Shown one piece after another: positions 27,201 to 39,661 of a stretch of DNA of 64,000 nt. Under the pieces are notes generated by a model. It ran no database searches and had not been told where the DNA came from. It saw nothing but the letters and a program-made list of their open reading frames with translations. The position numbers and the translations under genes were made by a program. Source of the stretch: Perkinsus olseni (taxonomy: Eukaryota); the NCBI GenBank assembly GCA_013115125.1, contig JABANN010000005.1:1-64000 (forward strand). Direction: 5' to 3'. Position 1 is the first letter of the stretch. The number at the start of each line of letters is the position of its first letter.

Positions 27201-28637
27201 GTGGCGTTCGATCTCCAGTCTGAGTCAGTGGACCCTATCAAGAGCTATCCATTCCGAACTCAGAGCGCTGTTAGGGTAGGACCCGCGCAACGGCGTAGCG
27301 TCACCATGGCATGCTGTCAAAGGGGGTTTACGATGGCTTTACACGTTTGCTGGGTGCCTTGATGATGGGATGTAGTGGATGTATGGTATGCTCAGACCCT
27401 ATGGCATCCGGTACTGCAGCAGATCATAGTGGCCTGTAGTGATGGTAATGCCTACTTCTTATATGATAGGTATCAATCTGTTCACGGTAAGTACCCCTCT
27501 CGGCCATTCCCTACCTCTTACGACGCTCTATCAGGTGCCTTGCTCTTCGCCCAGCACAGTGTCCCCAAGAAGAAGCCGATCGAGGAGCAGTATATGCCAC
27601 AGAAGATCTACAACTACGATGAGATGGTGCAAAGGGGAGGTCAATTCCGAGAGACTCGCAGCGGTAGGTTAGACGGCGTTGCTACTAGGGTGGGGTTACT
27701 GAGCGGCTACTTAGGTAAACTACGACGCACGAGGGATGCTGATAAGCGGCGAGACAAGCAGCGTCGCGAGAGGATGGGTATCCCGGATCCAGATGAACAG
27801 CACAAGGTAGAGTATACCATCTATTTAGTGCATACTTATTGCTATATAAATCTAATGTATGTACTGTATGTTGTGGTATTAGATAACCTCCTACAATATA
27901 TACCGTCTTCTTGTACGGTGATGATGATCTTGTGATGTAGGTGAAGCCAGCGGCCCCTCCACCGGAGAGTACTGAGCCGACTGTGTTTGGTAACAAGCTG
28001 AATGTCGAAAAGGAGAAGTATATTGATGAAGATCCTCAAAAGGTGGGGTGGGAGAAGCGCCGGCACCGGGGATCGAACCCAGGTCCTCTTCATTACGCCA
28101 TTCTCTGTCAGACCCTCCTCGCTGTTGACACCAACAAGGGTGACTCCTTCGTGAGTCAAGCCTACGCTAAGACCCAACCTCATAATATCCTGGATTACTC
28201 TGATGTCAAGAGTGCGGTAAGTTGTCGTGACACCAGTGGTGTCACACCACTGCCCTTGAAGTGTTATTAGAGAGAACACCGCGCGATCCTCTGCCCCCTC
28301 CCTCCCGTGTCATTCTCACTTATTTTCCTCCCACTCATTCGAGTCTGCTTGAAATGCCTTCGAAATTAGGATTTGAAGAAATTTGAGCTCGACGTTCATT
28401 TAGGGATTACCGCCACTGTCAGTCGGCGGTCATCTTCAGTCCATGTGCACTGCTTGGCTGGTTTATAGCAACTATTCGAAAGCGATCTTCCATCCCCTAT
28501 TTCTCCTTTAGGGGGATCGATTGCTGAGCAAGAAGCGTTATTGCCCCAAGTGCGGTGTGAAGATGTGCACTTGCGGCTACTTGACTGCTCTGGAGAAAGA
28601 AGAGGCGAGGAAGCGACGCCGAACTGAAGTGGCGTAA
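24300..28637 (+). CDS. WDR70: WD repeat protein WDR70/GAD-1 (many exons)
   Basis: LSMDPKGSRMVTG, YWDLNG, KGDQYIRDLQHTKGH, WHPMD, SLDCTIRIWD, SRSLDGTMKLWD, WHPVLQQI, EDPQKTLL, AYAKTQP. Confidence 0.9.
28059..28097 (-). repeat. tRNA 3'-half sequence (Thr-CGU-like) inside a WDR70 intron
   Basis: Reverse complement reads CGTAA TGAAG AGGAC CTGGG TTCGATC CCCGG TGCCGGC = anticodon, 3' anticodon stem, variable loop, T arm, acceptor strand; no 5' half present. Confidence 0.6.
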
Positions 28638-29013
28638 CGAGTATCCAACAGGACTGCTTCTTGCGTTGTATTTGACAGGGATGGCGAGTATATGGATTTT
28701 CAGCGATATGAGCAGTGGTATGAGTGGCGCCGGGTAGAGGGGTGCTCAGTGTTGTGTTCCACGACTAACAACCCTGTCGAAGGGATCAGGAGAATGTTAG
28801 CATGCCTTCTTCATCACTATCCTCTTTTCTCGCCATACCAACGGCAGAACGTACCTCGTCTGTTAGTAGTGACATTCTCTGCGTTCAACGATCCTGGTCG
28901 TTCTAGGTTGAGGCCTCAGCTGCCCGCAATGGATTTTCCGCCTCTCGGGGCGCCCCCTTATATCTCGATCGTTCCACTGCTTACTCCTGCAGTACAAAGC
29001 CCCTCGTAGTTTT

Positions 29014-30538
29014 ATGTCGAGGCTTCCATCCCTTAGCAATGGCCTCGCCGCCTCTGCGCCATCGGTTACTTGGAGGGCCTATGCGCTGCTCATCATAACC
29101 ATGTTCATCTTATCAGGGTGGCAAGTCGAAGGGAAAGTTATTTTTTTAAAGCAAAAGTTGAACCCTCTCACGTTTTCTCTTTACCGTCAAGGTAGGGCGC
29201 CCTCTGGACTCTAATTCCCATCAGCATCCCCTCAGGTTTGGCCGCTGCAGTGCTATTGTTCTTCATCGACCGCTCCTTCAAGCTGCCTGCTCGAGCCGAC
29301 CTACCCCTGTTAGTGTACCTGGGTGCCGTCACCGGTGCAGCAACCGTAGCGTTCCTCGTGGGTAAGCAGGATCTTCCCTAGTCGTAGCCTCCCTGCTGCA
29401 TACACTATGCGTCGCAGAGTCCCGGGTTGTTGTAGGCCTAGAGTTGTCGAGCCCCCTGATCGCCTCAATGCTGCAGCCCACAGTTCTTGTCTTTGCCTAC
29501 ATCCTGGGCATACTCCGAGGGACGGAGCACCGCTCGACAAAGAGGGTCCTGGGAGTCGTCACATGTGTTGCTGCAGCTGTTGGTGCGGTCATCAGTGGTG
29601 AACACGTCGATGGTGGGTTTCTTAAAAGACATCTTTGGTCTGCAGAAACCCCTTCAGATGCCCATCCCGTGGACTGGTCAGTGCTACTAGGAGGTCTGCT
29701 CATCCTGCTACAGTGTATCCTCACTTCATCTATCATAGTCCTCCAGCGAGGACTCCGGCATCTCTCTCCACCCTACTTGACAGGTACTTTCGATAACCCT
29801 TGCCTCCTGTGTCAGTCACTGCCTCAGGTTCCTCCTATCTCATCGGCTCCATTACTACGTTACTGCTGCTGCTAAGGTAGGTCCCACCCCTCCCCAATCA
29901 CACATCCAGCGCTGAGCCCATTCAGTTGGCGCGGCACCTGTGTGGCCCTCGAGTTGGACTGCGGTGTAATCACCTTTGCCCTCGGCTACTCGGGGTCCTC
30001 TAGCACCGAAGGTAGCTCTTCCAGTCGCCTGTCTCTGTTAAGCTGGCCCCCTCAGGCTTGGTACTTCTCCTCTACGCTGTCCTACTGGCTACGTGCTTCG
30101 TATACTGTGCCATGAACTGGTGTAACAGACAGACCTCTCCATCTGTGGTGAGGCCTTAACACCTTCTGAAAATGCTCCTTCTCTGAAATCTCCCTTTCTG
30201 CAGGTAGCTAGCTTCATGACGCTACAGCCGGTCACGACGGCTATCGTACAATATTGGCTCCTACAGGAGACCCCTTCTGTTATGCAGGTCAGTACCGGCG
30301 CATCGCCGCCCACACCTCACGACGCTTCACCCTCATCCCCCAGCTTATGCAGGTTCTCTTCTTTCCCTTCATAGTTGCAGGGGTCACGCTGGTGTCTGCA
30401 ACAGCTAACCGGTTACAAGAGCGCCCGCCCGAGGATGTCGTTGATAAGGCTCGGGAAATGCAGCAGCTCGAAGATGTGGAGACAGGACGACCCGCTGCTG
30501 GCAAGAAGCAGCAGCACCTCACGAGTGGCCTTGAGTGA
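29014..30538 (+). CDS. EamA/DMT superfamily transporter (WAT1-like), copy 1
   Basis: About ten TM helices over short exons; LNPLTFSLYRQ, SPLIASMLQP, NRQTSPSVVASFMTLQPV. Confidence 0.8.
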
Positions 30539-30640
30539 TTGCTTTTCAACAATTGAACTCTGTGATTCTCAATTCATGTGCCTTGCGTTGTGTGACGGCA
30601 ATTGATGGTCGTGAGGGAACTCTCTCAGCTGTCCCAGACC

Positions 30641-32206
30641 ATGGCCTGGCTACGGGTCCTTCAAGAACGATGTTCTATAAGCCCAGTAGCCCTGGCATAC
30701 ATCCTCCTATTCGCCAACCTCGTCATCGGATCCGGCTGGGAAGTGGGCACCAAGCTTGCCCTCTCCAAGCTAGATATCAATCTATTAACCCTAGCGTTCT
30801 ATCGACAGTGTAAGCGGCACCGCACGACGCCTATCAGTCGTCACACGTTCCCTCATTTCAGTTTTGGGCTGCATAGTGCTATTGGTGGTTGATCGCTCTT
30901 TCAAGCTCCCTAAGAAAGAGGATGTGATGCCCCTGGCCGTACTGGGGGTCTGCACGAGCTTAGCAATTCTATGTTTCTTTAAAGGTACCATCATAGACGC
31001 CCGCCTCTGTTGTCGTTGCGCCATCAGTTCTATCGTCAGGCGTTCAACTCACCACCCCTCTTATTTGTGCCCTCCTCCACCCGACTTTGCTTGTTTTCTG
31101 TTACGCCTTGGGCATTATCCAGGGCTGCGAAACCTACTCTCGCCGTAGAGTAGTTGGAGTCGTTCTGAGCGTTGGAGCTGCTATGGCATCCTCCCTTCTA
31201 GGAGAGGAATTCCGGGATGGTAAGCTGGGGGACTCGCCTTGAGCTCAGTGTCCGACCCCGGTACAGTCAGTGAGATAGCGTCATTCCGGTATGTGATTGA
31301 TGTTGTGCTGCTTCTTCTGGCCAGGTACCCGCTCTGTAAATTGGAGCATCCTGCTCGGCTCGCTCATCATACTTGCGGGAGTGTTTTTCGCCGCAGCGGC
31401 TGTGGTCTATCAAAGAGAGTCTATCCACTTACCATTCATTTACGTTGAAGGTACGTTGGTCTCCGTTACCGTCTGTCATCATCATCAGGCTTGTTCTACT
31501 GAACTCAGGCTATGCCTACGTTTTCGCCTCATTGACGACATTGATCTTCATCATAATGTGATGCATATCCCACCTAGGCTCGCTGAATCCAAACTTCCTT
31601 TCAGATCGCGCTTGGGCTGTATCTTTTCCCCCGACACTTGCAGTGATATGACGCTCGACCTGGGTCTAATTGGTGATGATGGAGCTCTTCACTTCGAGGG
31701 TGATTCTCCGGTTCGCTATCCATCTCTCCGGCCTCCTTTCATTTCTACTGATCTTGATTGACTACCGCTGGTGCGTCTCTCAGGGTGGCTCCTGCTGCTT
31801 TACGGCGTGCTACTGATCTCCTGCTTCCTGTATTGCAGTATAAATTGGGCCAATCGGCAGACTTCTCCCTCTGTGGTGAGCCTGTATCAGCAGTACCTGT
31901 CCTATGACACCGCATTCACGCAGGTCGCAAGCTTTGCAACCCTCCAACCTGTCGGAACGGGAACTTTCCAGTACTTGGTTACTGGAAAACAGGTCGTAAG
32001 CCTGCCCCAGGTAGGGACGCTCCGAGCCGCTAAACGCCGTAGGCATCCTTGCTCAGGTCGGAATGTACCTATTCGTTGTGGTTGGTGTGGTATTAGTATC
32101 GGTTGGACATCCACGAGAGCAGGAGCCCATCAAGTCTAGCGATGATGAGGAGACGCTTGCAAGCGATCTCGAGGACGGTGTTACTGTTGAGGACGAGCTC
32201 GAGTGA
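30641..32206 (+). CDS. EamA/DMT superfamily transporter, copy 2 (tandem paralog)
   Basis: Parallel exon structure and motifs (LAFYRQ, DRSFKLP, WANRQTSPSVVASFATLQPV); TGA at 32204-32206. Confidence 0.8.
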
Positions 32207-32656
32207 AGTCCCAGCACGCTGAGGCTGACTCTAGCGTCTGGTTAATCGCATAAAAGCACACTTGATACGTCATCAAACCAGGAGGAAGCTTATTTTCCTA
32301 CTCGCTCAATTCGCTGAGACATTTGCCATCATTTCTTCTTTTCCTCTGTGCCTAGGCCGAGTAGCGCATCACGTTTGTCTTCTCGGCAAATGCCGTCGTT
32401 CATTCAAGATTTTTCGTACCTAAGGAGAAGCAGTAGTGGCGAGTTATCGGTGTTCTACCGAAGTAAGCGGTTCACGAAGTTCAAAACACGAGCCCGCCTA
32501 ACTAACCAAGTCATTTCGTTTTATTGTTCGATTGTCGCAATCATCCTGCCTTCGTGCTCACTCGGAGGGGTTGAGTTGTTGTTACCGAAGGTGGTAACAT
32601 GTCGGAGTTCTCACTCGTAGACAAAGTGAGTTCCTAGGCGTAGTCACTAACCGTTA

Positions 32657-35600
32657 ATGCCGCCGATCCTGCTGGAGGCCTCGCTCCAACCTCTGCGTTC
32701 CCTGCCAAGGACCATCTGCCATAAACCCTTCTCAACAGTGCAGGTGCGATGATCGGATTTGGCCTGAACACCGCATCTTGTTCACTCTCTCCAGGCACTG
32801 GTAGCTTCACGAGGCGAGGACACTGAACGGCTTCCCATTCATGCGGATAGACCATCGAAGTTTCCGTGCCTCGGCGATGCAGGAAGCGATGGCATCCAGA
32901 TCGCCTCGGTATTCGACAAAATCAAGCACCGCAGGAGGTAGCCTTACAGGAGCTTCGAAAAGATCCACTCCGTTTCGAGTTCAGGAGAGGCGGTAGGACG
33001 GCCTTGGCGTTGTACACCCCGCCGAGTCAGCTGAATGGAGTCAGCGAGTTCGCGGAGAGCCGCGACATCTCACTACAATTCACGTACATTTCTCGAGCAC
33101 AGGTGAGTGGGCAGAGGCTCACTGCCTGCGGTGGCAGCAGTAACCAGGCAGACATTCTCATGATGCCTCAGGGTCCCTCCAAGGCTCGATTCGTAGCGAA
33201 TGGGTTGTTACCTTCAGATTCGGGATATATCGGTATGGCACTCGATTGGCTACCAAACTATGCGCCAGCTGAAGCTGCTGAACACCACCGACATCTCGGC
33301 GGTCGCCAGAGCTATGGCCTTCATGGGTTACCGGGACACGTTCCTCCTCAATGGCTTGGCTGATGCCATGTGGTGCTTAGCAAAAGTGATCTGCCGGACG
33401 CCTTTCTGCGCGCCCTTTATGCTCCAATTCACTGTGTTGGAATCGCTCATGGTTCCCGTCAGGTTAGACGAGGCAAATTGTTCGACTCGGCGGAGATACT
33501 ACATTCATTTCGAAAGCTCAACTTCATCCCGAGGATGCTCGCACTGGATGCCATAACAGCGGACTTGAGACGCCAGGGCTGGGACAGATATAAGTGGCGT
33601 AGCGCCGACATCGCCAAGATATTCCTGTACGTCCCGGGGCCCTCACCTTCACGGTGTTGTCGCTCAGGGCTCGCTTGTTGTTGTTGTTGTTGTTGTTGTC
33701 GGTTTTGCCGTATTGCGATCTAATACCGTCGTTCTGTGACAATAACCGGGGGTCGTGGCGATAGCGTACCTGCTCACTGTTGGTCCCTTGCGATGGCTTT
33801 TGTTCGAGAAGTTGTAGGAGCTGACGGCGTTTATGCGCATGAGGGGGTGGCGGTTTGCAGGGATTGAACCCGGGTCTACAGTCTGGAGGAAGAACGGCTT
33901 TGTTTTGTGCTCTTCAGGTACTACTCATCTCTGCCACCGCGTGTTGCCGAGAAGCTACGCGACCAAGCCTTCCTCCAGGACTTGGAGGCCCACATCGAGA
34001 CCAAGCTCGGCCGTATGTCCGCTAGAGACATCTCACTTATATCCCGCTCGACCTCCATCAGCCTTGACCGCCTGACGGAGGCCTTCCTTCGCTCGAAGGA
34101 AATCCGTACCGGAAACCTATTGTATTTCTGCATCACCTTGTTGAAGGCGGATATCACCAGACCCCCAGTCAACTTCATGAATCGTCTAAGACGTGAGATC
34201 GACTCTACCTTCACGCAGTTGAAGCCGGCCCACATCGAGCGCTTCCTGCATGTGTTCATGAACTTCGAGTGCTTCAGTGATGACAGGATACTCATCTGTC
34301 TTGCCCGGGCGACCGAGTCCAATCTGGAACGCATGAGTCAGCGTAGACTGAGGTCGATATTATTGGCCTTCCACAGGCTGTGCAAACCAACTAACTCCTT
34401 GTTGCCGCAACTAGCAGCTCGAGTACGGGCCGCAGTTCCGAGAGAGGCTATTCACGCTGAGACCATCGCATTGCTGATGCGTGCATTTGCTGTTGAGTCG
34501 CCTCTGAAGCAACAACAGAATACCAGGTTGATCCTCAATGATCTGGGCAGACAGCTGGTGGAGCGACTGCGCTTGACCGGACGAACTGCAGCGACAAGGC
34601 ACCCCATCACCTTGGAGGTCAACAATGTGGAAGAGTGCGCGGGCCCTATATTTGAGAACAGAGTTTCTAAATCGCCGGAAGTAGTGGAGTCGGTCGAAGA
34701 CAACACACCATATGCTGCTGTTGGTGATCGTTCGGGGCGAAACGAGCCCTCGCCCTCTCGCGCAGTCCAGTCGAGTTCCACGGTTCTGCGGTCTGAGCCC
34801 TCGCCACGAGCAGCAGATGCTCAGCGTATTCCCAGTGTACGCTGTGAACCTGTTGATCCAGCTCTTGGTGCCGAGGATGGCCTGGATGAGGACCAGTTGG
34901 CAGTACTCAAGCAGATGGAGCAGGAAGTGCAGCTCCTCCGAGATTTAAGGGAGCAGGAGATTGCTGGCGAAAAGGTGTCCGTCGGCGATGCCCCAGAGAC
35001 CGTCGACTTTGGCCCACGAGGAGAGTACGACGACTTCATCAACTCGGATAGAGTTCCCCGACTGATGCACGTGGTAGCTGGCAAGCACCCGGCGCACCAC
35101 CGGTTGATCCGCAAGTTGGAGCGAATGGAAAAGAAGCTGGCTGATCTCTATTCGGAAAATGATAGCGAAGAGCCGGCGGTGAAGTCGCGAGAATACCGAG
35201 AAGTGGTGCGACGGTGGAAAAGACGGAAATCTCGGGAGCTCACAGGAGAGGAGAAGCATCGACTAGCTGCAGGTTTCGAGAAGTTCACAATTCGATGGCG
35301 AAAGTGGCGACGAAAGATCCTGGCGAAGTACTCTCATGTGGACTTCGACTCTGTGGCGAGGAATGGTCCTGGTAAATTAGAACGGCGGGTCGCTCGTCCG
35401 AAGAAGCTAGCGTATAATCAGAAGTCTTACTTAGCTCTGAGAAAGAGTGCTGCTTTGGCAGAGGCTTTGAAGGACACGCCGGGCTTGTCCTGTCGATCGC
35501 AGGTCTACGAGTCCCTGGCCCACAATGCGGTTGAACACGTCTGTGCTATCACAGATGCCGAAACAGCTTTGGAAGAGTTTTCTCAGCTCGTGTTGGCCAT

Positions 35601-36078
35601 CGTGTCAAGCCAGGAGCCCTTAGGCGAGGCATACGGGGCACTTATTGCTGGGTTCCAGGAGGCCCTGAATAGAGAGACTGTCCATGGATCGTATCTGAGA
35701 CTGGCGACAGCCTACGTGGACCTGGTTCTCTCGGCCCGCACGATTAATGGGAGCATCGCTGGGTCCCTACTGGATAGGTGCTTGGAAGACCCGACTGTGC
35801 GGCCCAATGACCTTCTACTGCATGCTTGTCCTATAACCACGCTAGCCTATCTTCATGGTCAACGGCGAGAAGAACTGCAGCATCGCTTGGCGAGTGCTCT
35901 GGCGACTCCTTCCACCGAGGCACTCTCCTCAGCGTCAACTTTACAGGATTCTGTCGCTTGCCTGCTACTTCTGGGGGAAGATATATGGCCTGTCTGTGAT
36001 CGCCTATCGCTGAAGACGGAGAATGTCGAGAGAGCGGCCGCTGCGATACGAACACGGTTGTTGAAAGTTTCTGCATGA
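32657..36078 (+). CDS. Putative organellar helical-repeat RNA-binding protein (FASTK/RAP/HPR-like)
   Basis: Transit-peptide-like first exon; ~37-aa helical repeats (LNTTDISAVARAMAFMGYRD, FDSAEILHSFRKLN, MSQRRLRSILLAFHRL); ~2.2 kb terminal exon. Confidence 0.6.
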
Positions 36079-36852
36079 CGTTTCTATCTCGGTCTTGTCG
36101 GGTTGCGTCTTAACCAAGTACCATTCGGTGCTCCACCTGATTGAGCAAACCAATTACGGGCCTTCTTGCCGAGTGGGTTCTCCAGGCTACGGGCCCTATC
36201 TAAGCCGAAGCACACTAGTCAACCAAGGAGAGCTGCAACTTACGTGTAACCGAGTCGCATCAACACGGCGGTGCTGATTGCGGGATTATTAGCGATGATC
36301 AGCGGGTAGAGTGTAAGCGTTCATCCCGATGCACTGTGGCTAGTCAAGGCAGAGTTGGAACGATAGAGTTGGAACCCTATCGGCTCAATCCTCGGATACG
36401 TTCTCAAGCGAGATCGATGACGCTTACGCATCCTGTGAGGTAGACGTTGTGAAAAAAAGATCAGATGGAGGAGTGCGCATCTGCTCGGTAAAACGCAGTA
36501 GCCAACGAGGTGCTGGCTTGCCACTAGGGTACACTGACCCGTTCAGTACTGTATGAACGTTCCAGGAGCTCCCGGAGAGGACGGATGAAATCGGATTCAC
36601 AGGCAAGACCAGGAAGCTGAGTGCAAGGAGAGCGAATAACTGTCCTGTACTGACTCGCACTGAAACTGTACGTAAGCGCAAAGCTTAGCCGGTCAGGCAT
36701 GTGCGTGCAACGAAATGAGCAACCCCCCCCCACAACGTTGGTACTCCCACTAGTAACGAAAGTTTGGGAGAGTGCGTGACGAGCTCGGTGGAGCTTGCTG
36801 CTCGCTGTAGTCGAACTTGCCGCTCCCAGGTTCCCAACTCCCGTCTCTTCGG

Positions 36853-38493
36853 ATGCGACTCTCATCGGTCGGCCCGCTAATGCTGCTCTGTGTGTCGGCT
36901 CTTGTGATCGGCGAGCACCACTACGAGTTTCAAGTCGAAATGAGGAATTACTGCATCAACGATCTTCGAGATCCTTTCGGTGAACCCTTACCCTGCCGGA
37001 AGTCCATGGAGGTGGAGACGTTGGGTTTGACACTTCCTGGCAGAGAAGACGGGGTGCTCACGACGAGAAGCCACGTGATTGCCGCCGCTGGCTACGAAGT
37101 CTCCGTAGACTCTCACCCCAGTCATCCGTATCAGTACTTCATGAATATCAGGACACCAGACACCTACCGCGTGGAGCACCTGATTGACGGCCGAAGCGTT
37201 CTGGTTGGTGAAGTGCCATCACACCCACAAGTCGCCCCGGCCCTCCACTCGGTTGCCGATCTTGAAGAAGATGGATGGACGTTCCTGCAGATGAACTGTG
37301 GTGGGAGAGTTTGTGAAGATGTTTGGATCAAGAAGAGTACTGTCAAGTCCGATGAATCCCCCGGCACTGACTTCACGATCATGTACGCCAGCAACATCAT
37401 GCCCGATACGTGGTCTTTCTACCTGCGCCATGACGATGGAACACCACTGCGTATTGTGGCAACCAATGAGAGGCATGGCGGGACCGTCCATCAGGAGATT
37501 TTTTTCACCAAGTTTGAGAATCGTTCTGGGCAGCCGACTTTGACGGAGGCTCGGCAGAATTTGTTCGACGTCTATCTCATCAAGCGGGGCCCCGAACCAT
37601 CTACTTCTGCCGAGGATAGAAAACTCCTCGGGCACACGGAAAACTTCAAGGAGCTGTTGTTATCTGGCACGGTTCCTGTGGCGTCGAGGATTCCCTCCAT
37701 TGCATCAGATTGGATTCCTGAATCGCAGTTCGGCGATAATGATGCCATCCCTTACGACGTTGTTGAGCCAGGATCGGCTGCAGATGTGTACTTCTCGGCT
37801 GCTAGTAGCAAGCGATCTCTGAGGCAAATACTCGATGTCGAGTACCCAGAGGGATGTCTAGAAGACAGTGAATCTGATAAGTACTGCCTGTCCGTTGTAG
37901 GCAACACGGACTTCTTCGAGTTGGCATTCGAGCTTGAGGCTACCATCCGTATACCAGATATCGGTGATAAGATGCTTAGTCTTGAGCTAAAGTTTGGTGC
38001 TCTCCTAGATATCGACGACTTTATCCTCGACTTCACTCTTGGAGGTGCTGGATGTGCAGTGGTGTGGCAGGTTGGTGCTCGCTTCGGCCTTACCGTCACG
38101 GTCTGCTTTGAAACCGATATTTCTGGTGACGATCTGTTCGACTCTGACGATTGGGTATTTGCAGGTAAAATATTACTCTCCGTCAGCTTCAGCATGAGAG
38201 TGAGCAAGACCGAGCTTCTCGAGGTCAAGATCGAAGGTTCAGTCGACTGCAAAGCATCTGCTTCCACCAACTTCCAAGCTGTCGGAATGCTCGGTGTCAG
38301 TATCTCGCCTCCCATCGGTGCAGCTGGTATGGCGCTCGACCTCACCGCTGAAACCCCTCATCTCCTGTCCAGCGATTGGGAGTTCGCTTCTGGTATTGAG
38401 TTCTCTCTGTCGATTACCATCTTCTCCTGGAAACCAAGTATCAGCCGAAGATTCCCCCTGTGGCAAGCCGGTCGTAAAGCGGTTGAGGTTTAG
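36853..38493 (+). CDS. Intronless secreted protein of unknown family, copy 1
   Basis: Uninterrupted ORF of ~546 aa from ATG 36853; signal-peptide-like MRLSSVGPLMLLCVSALVIG; central KRSL site; beta-rich C-terminal half. Confidence 0.85.
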   Translation: MRLSSVGPLMLLCVSALVIGEHHYEFQVEMRNYCINDLRDPFGEPLPCRKSMEVETLGLTLPGREDGVLTTRSHVIAAAGYEVSVDSHPSHPYQYFMNIRTPDTYRVEHLIDGRSVLVGEVPSHPQVAPALHSVADLEEDGWTFLQMNCGGRVCEDVWIKKSTVKSDESPGTDFTIMYASNIMPDTWSFYLRHDDGTPLRIVATNERHGGTVHQEIFFTKFENRSGQPTLTEARQNLFDVYLIKRGPEPSTSAEDRKLLGHTENFKELLLSGTVPVASRIPSIASDWIPESQFGDNDAIPYDVVEPGSAADVYFSAASSKRSLRQILDVEYPEGCLEDSESDKYCLSVVGNTDFFELAFELEATIRIPDIGDKMLSLELKFGALLDIDDFILDFTLGGAGCAVVWQVGARFGLTVTVCFETDISGDDLFDSDDWVFAGKILLSVSFSMRVSKTELLEVKIEGSVDCKASASTNFQAVGMLGVSISPPIGAAGMALDLTAETPHLLSSDWEFASGIEFSLSITIFSWKPSISRRFPLWQAGRKAVEV

Positions 38494-39661
38494 CCTGGCG
38501 ATTGGGATATCCTGACATATTGTCACCGAAATCGAGCTTTTAGCTCTTTCCTCCAACGCGTGCAAAATCCTCCATTCAAAGTGCTATCACTCAGAATTAT
38601 GAAGTGTTCATGTGAACAATCTCATTTTTTCTTACTGCTGCAGGGTTCGCCTCTCTCAAAGGTCGTGTATCTCACCAAGCGGTACCGTTTTTACCACAGC
38701 CTTTCGCCCCTGCCAGTAGCCATTTCTGAGAGTTTATGTTATCAGTTGTTTAGATCCGATTGCGTGTGTCATCCGGGACAGTGGTAAATTGGTTAGCTGG
38801 AGAGCAGCCCTTACAGGCCATTGGCGGTGCAGTCCTGTAGAGAGCGGTAGACAGGGAGGCAACGGTTATGGCCGTGAGCTTCCAACATAGAGGTGACTTG
38901 TTGCGAATGGGTCTCACCTCGGTAATAGATAGCTCCACCTCATAACGCCAGAGAGTTGGAACCATAAGCTGGATCAACTGAGCCAACGATCGCTTGTCAT
39001 GTGCCTTGACCAGCGGAATAAGAGTCCCCTCGTGAAACTGGTTGCTCCCTCAAACCCGAAACAAGATCCTCTCGAGAGGCGATCAAGACTCCTGCCGTGG
39101 TATAATAAGCTAGTCGTCGTCGCTCTGTGTTTTTTCGTCGGTCTGGTGCTTCTCATCTGCAAAGTAGAGCGTGATACCTCCTGTGCCACTTCCAGAGTCT
39201 CCGAAGTCGCCTTCCCCAGCTCAGTTTCAGTCATTGAAACTCATGGCCGTATCGTGGCCTAATCGTCTCGAGCGAGATTACGGCTTCGTGGCAGTTGTGC
39301 TGCAACACAAGTTCTGTTCAAAGGTGATGGCCCGCGCTGCGATGGCGAAGACGAGGTGCAGCACCCGAGGACGTAGATGGACCGCTCGGCTCTCAGTCGC
39401 ATGAGGGCTTCAACACCTCGGAAGTGTGGGAGAACATGGACTAGCAGCTTCATATGGAGCCCGAGTCAGCGTCTGTGATAAGTAGACGGTTGGATGTCAC
39501 CGATATGCACGCGAGTGTTGTGACGCTGAACCGTGATTCCGACGCGTCACGGCTGGCCGGACGTATTTAGCGGTGCGTAGGACGGAGCCAGCTGACTGAC
39601 CCTGCTCACCCGCATCACGCAGTCCGCTTATTGTTCTCAGGGTGCTTATGAGTTCCCCACC

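Noticed and set aside
28059-28130. Intact tRNA gene
   Set aside because: Only the 3' half is present; no D arm or 5' acceptor strand
37752-38345. 197-aa antisense ORF and the many other short ORFs in the track
   Set aside because: Shadow frames of real genes or exon read-through into introns
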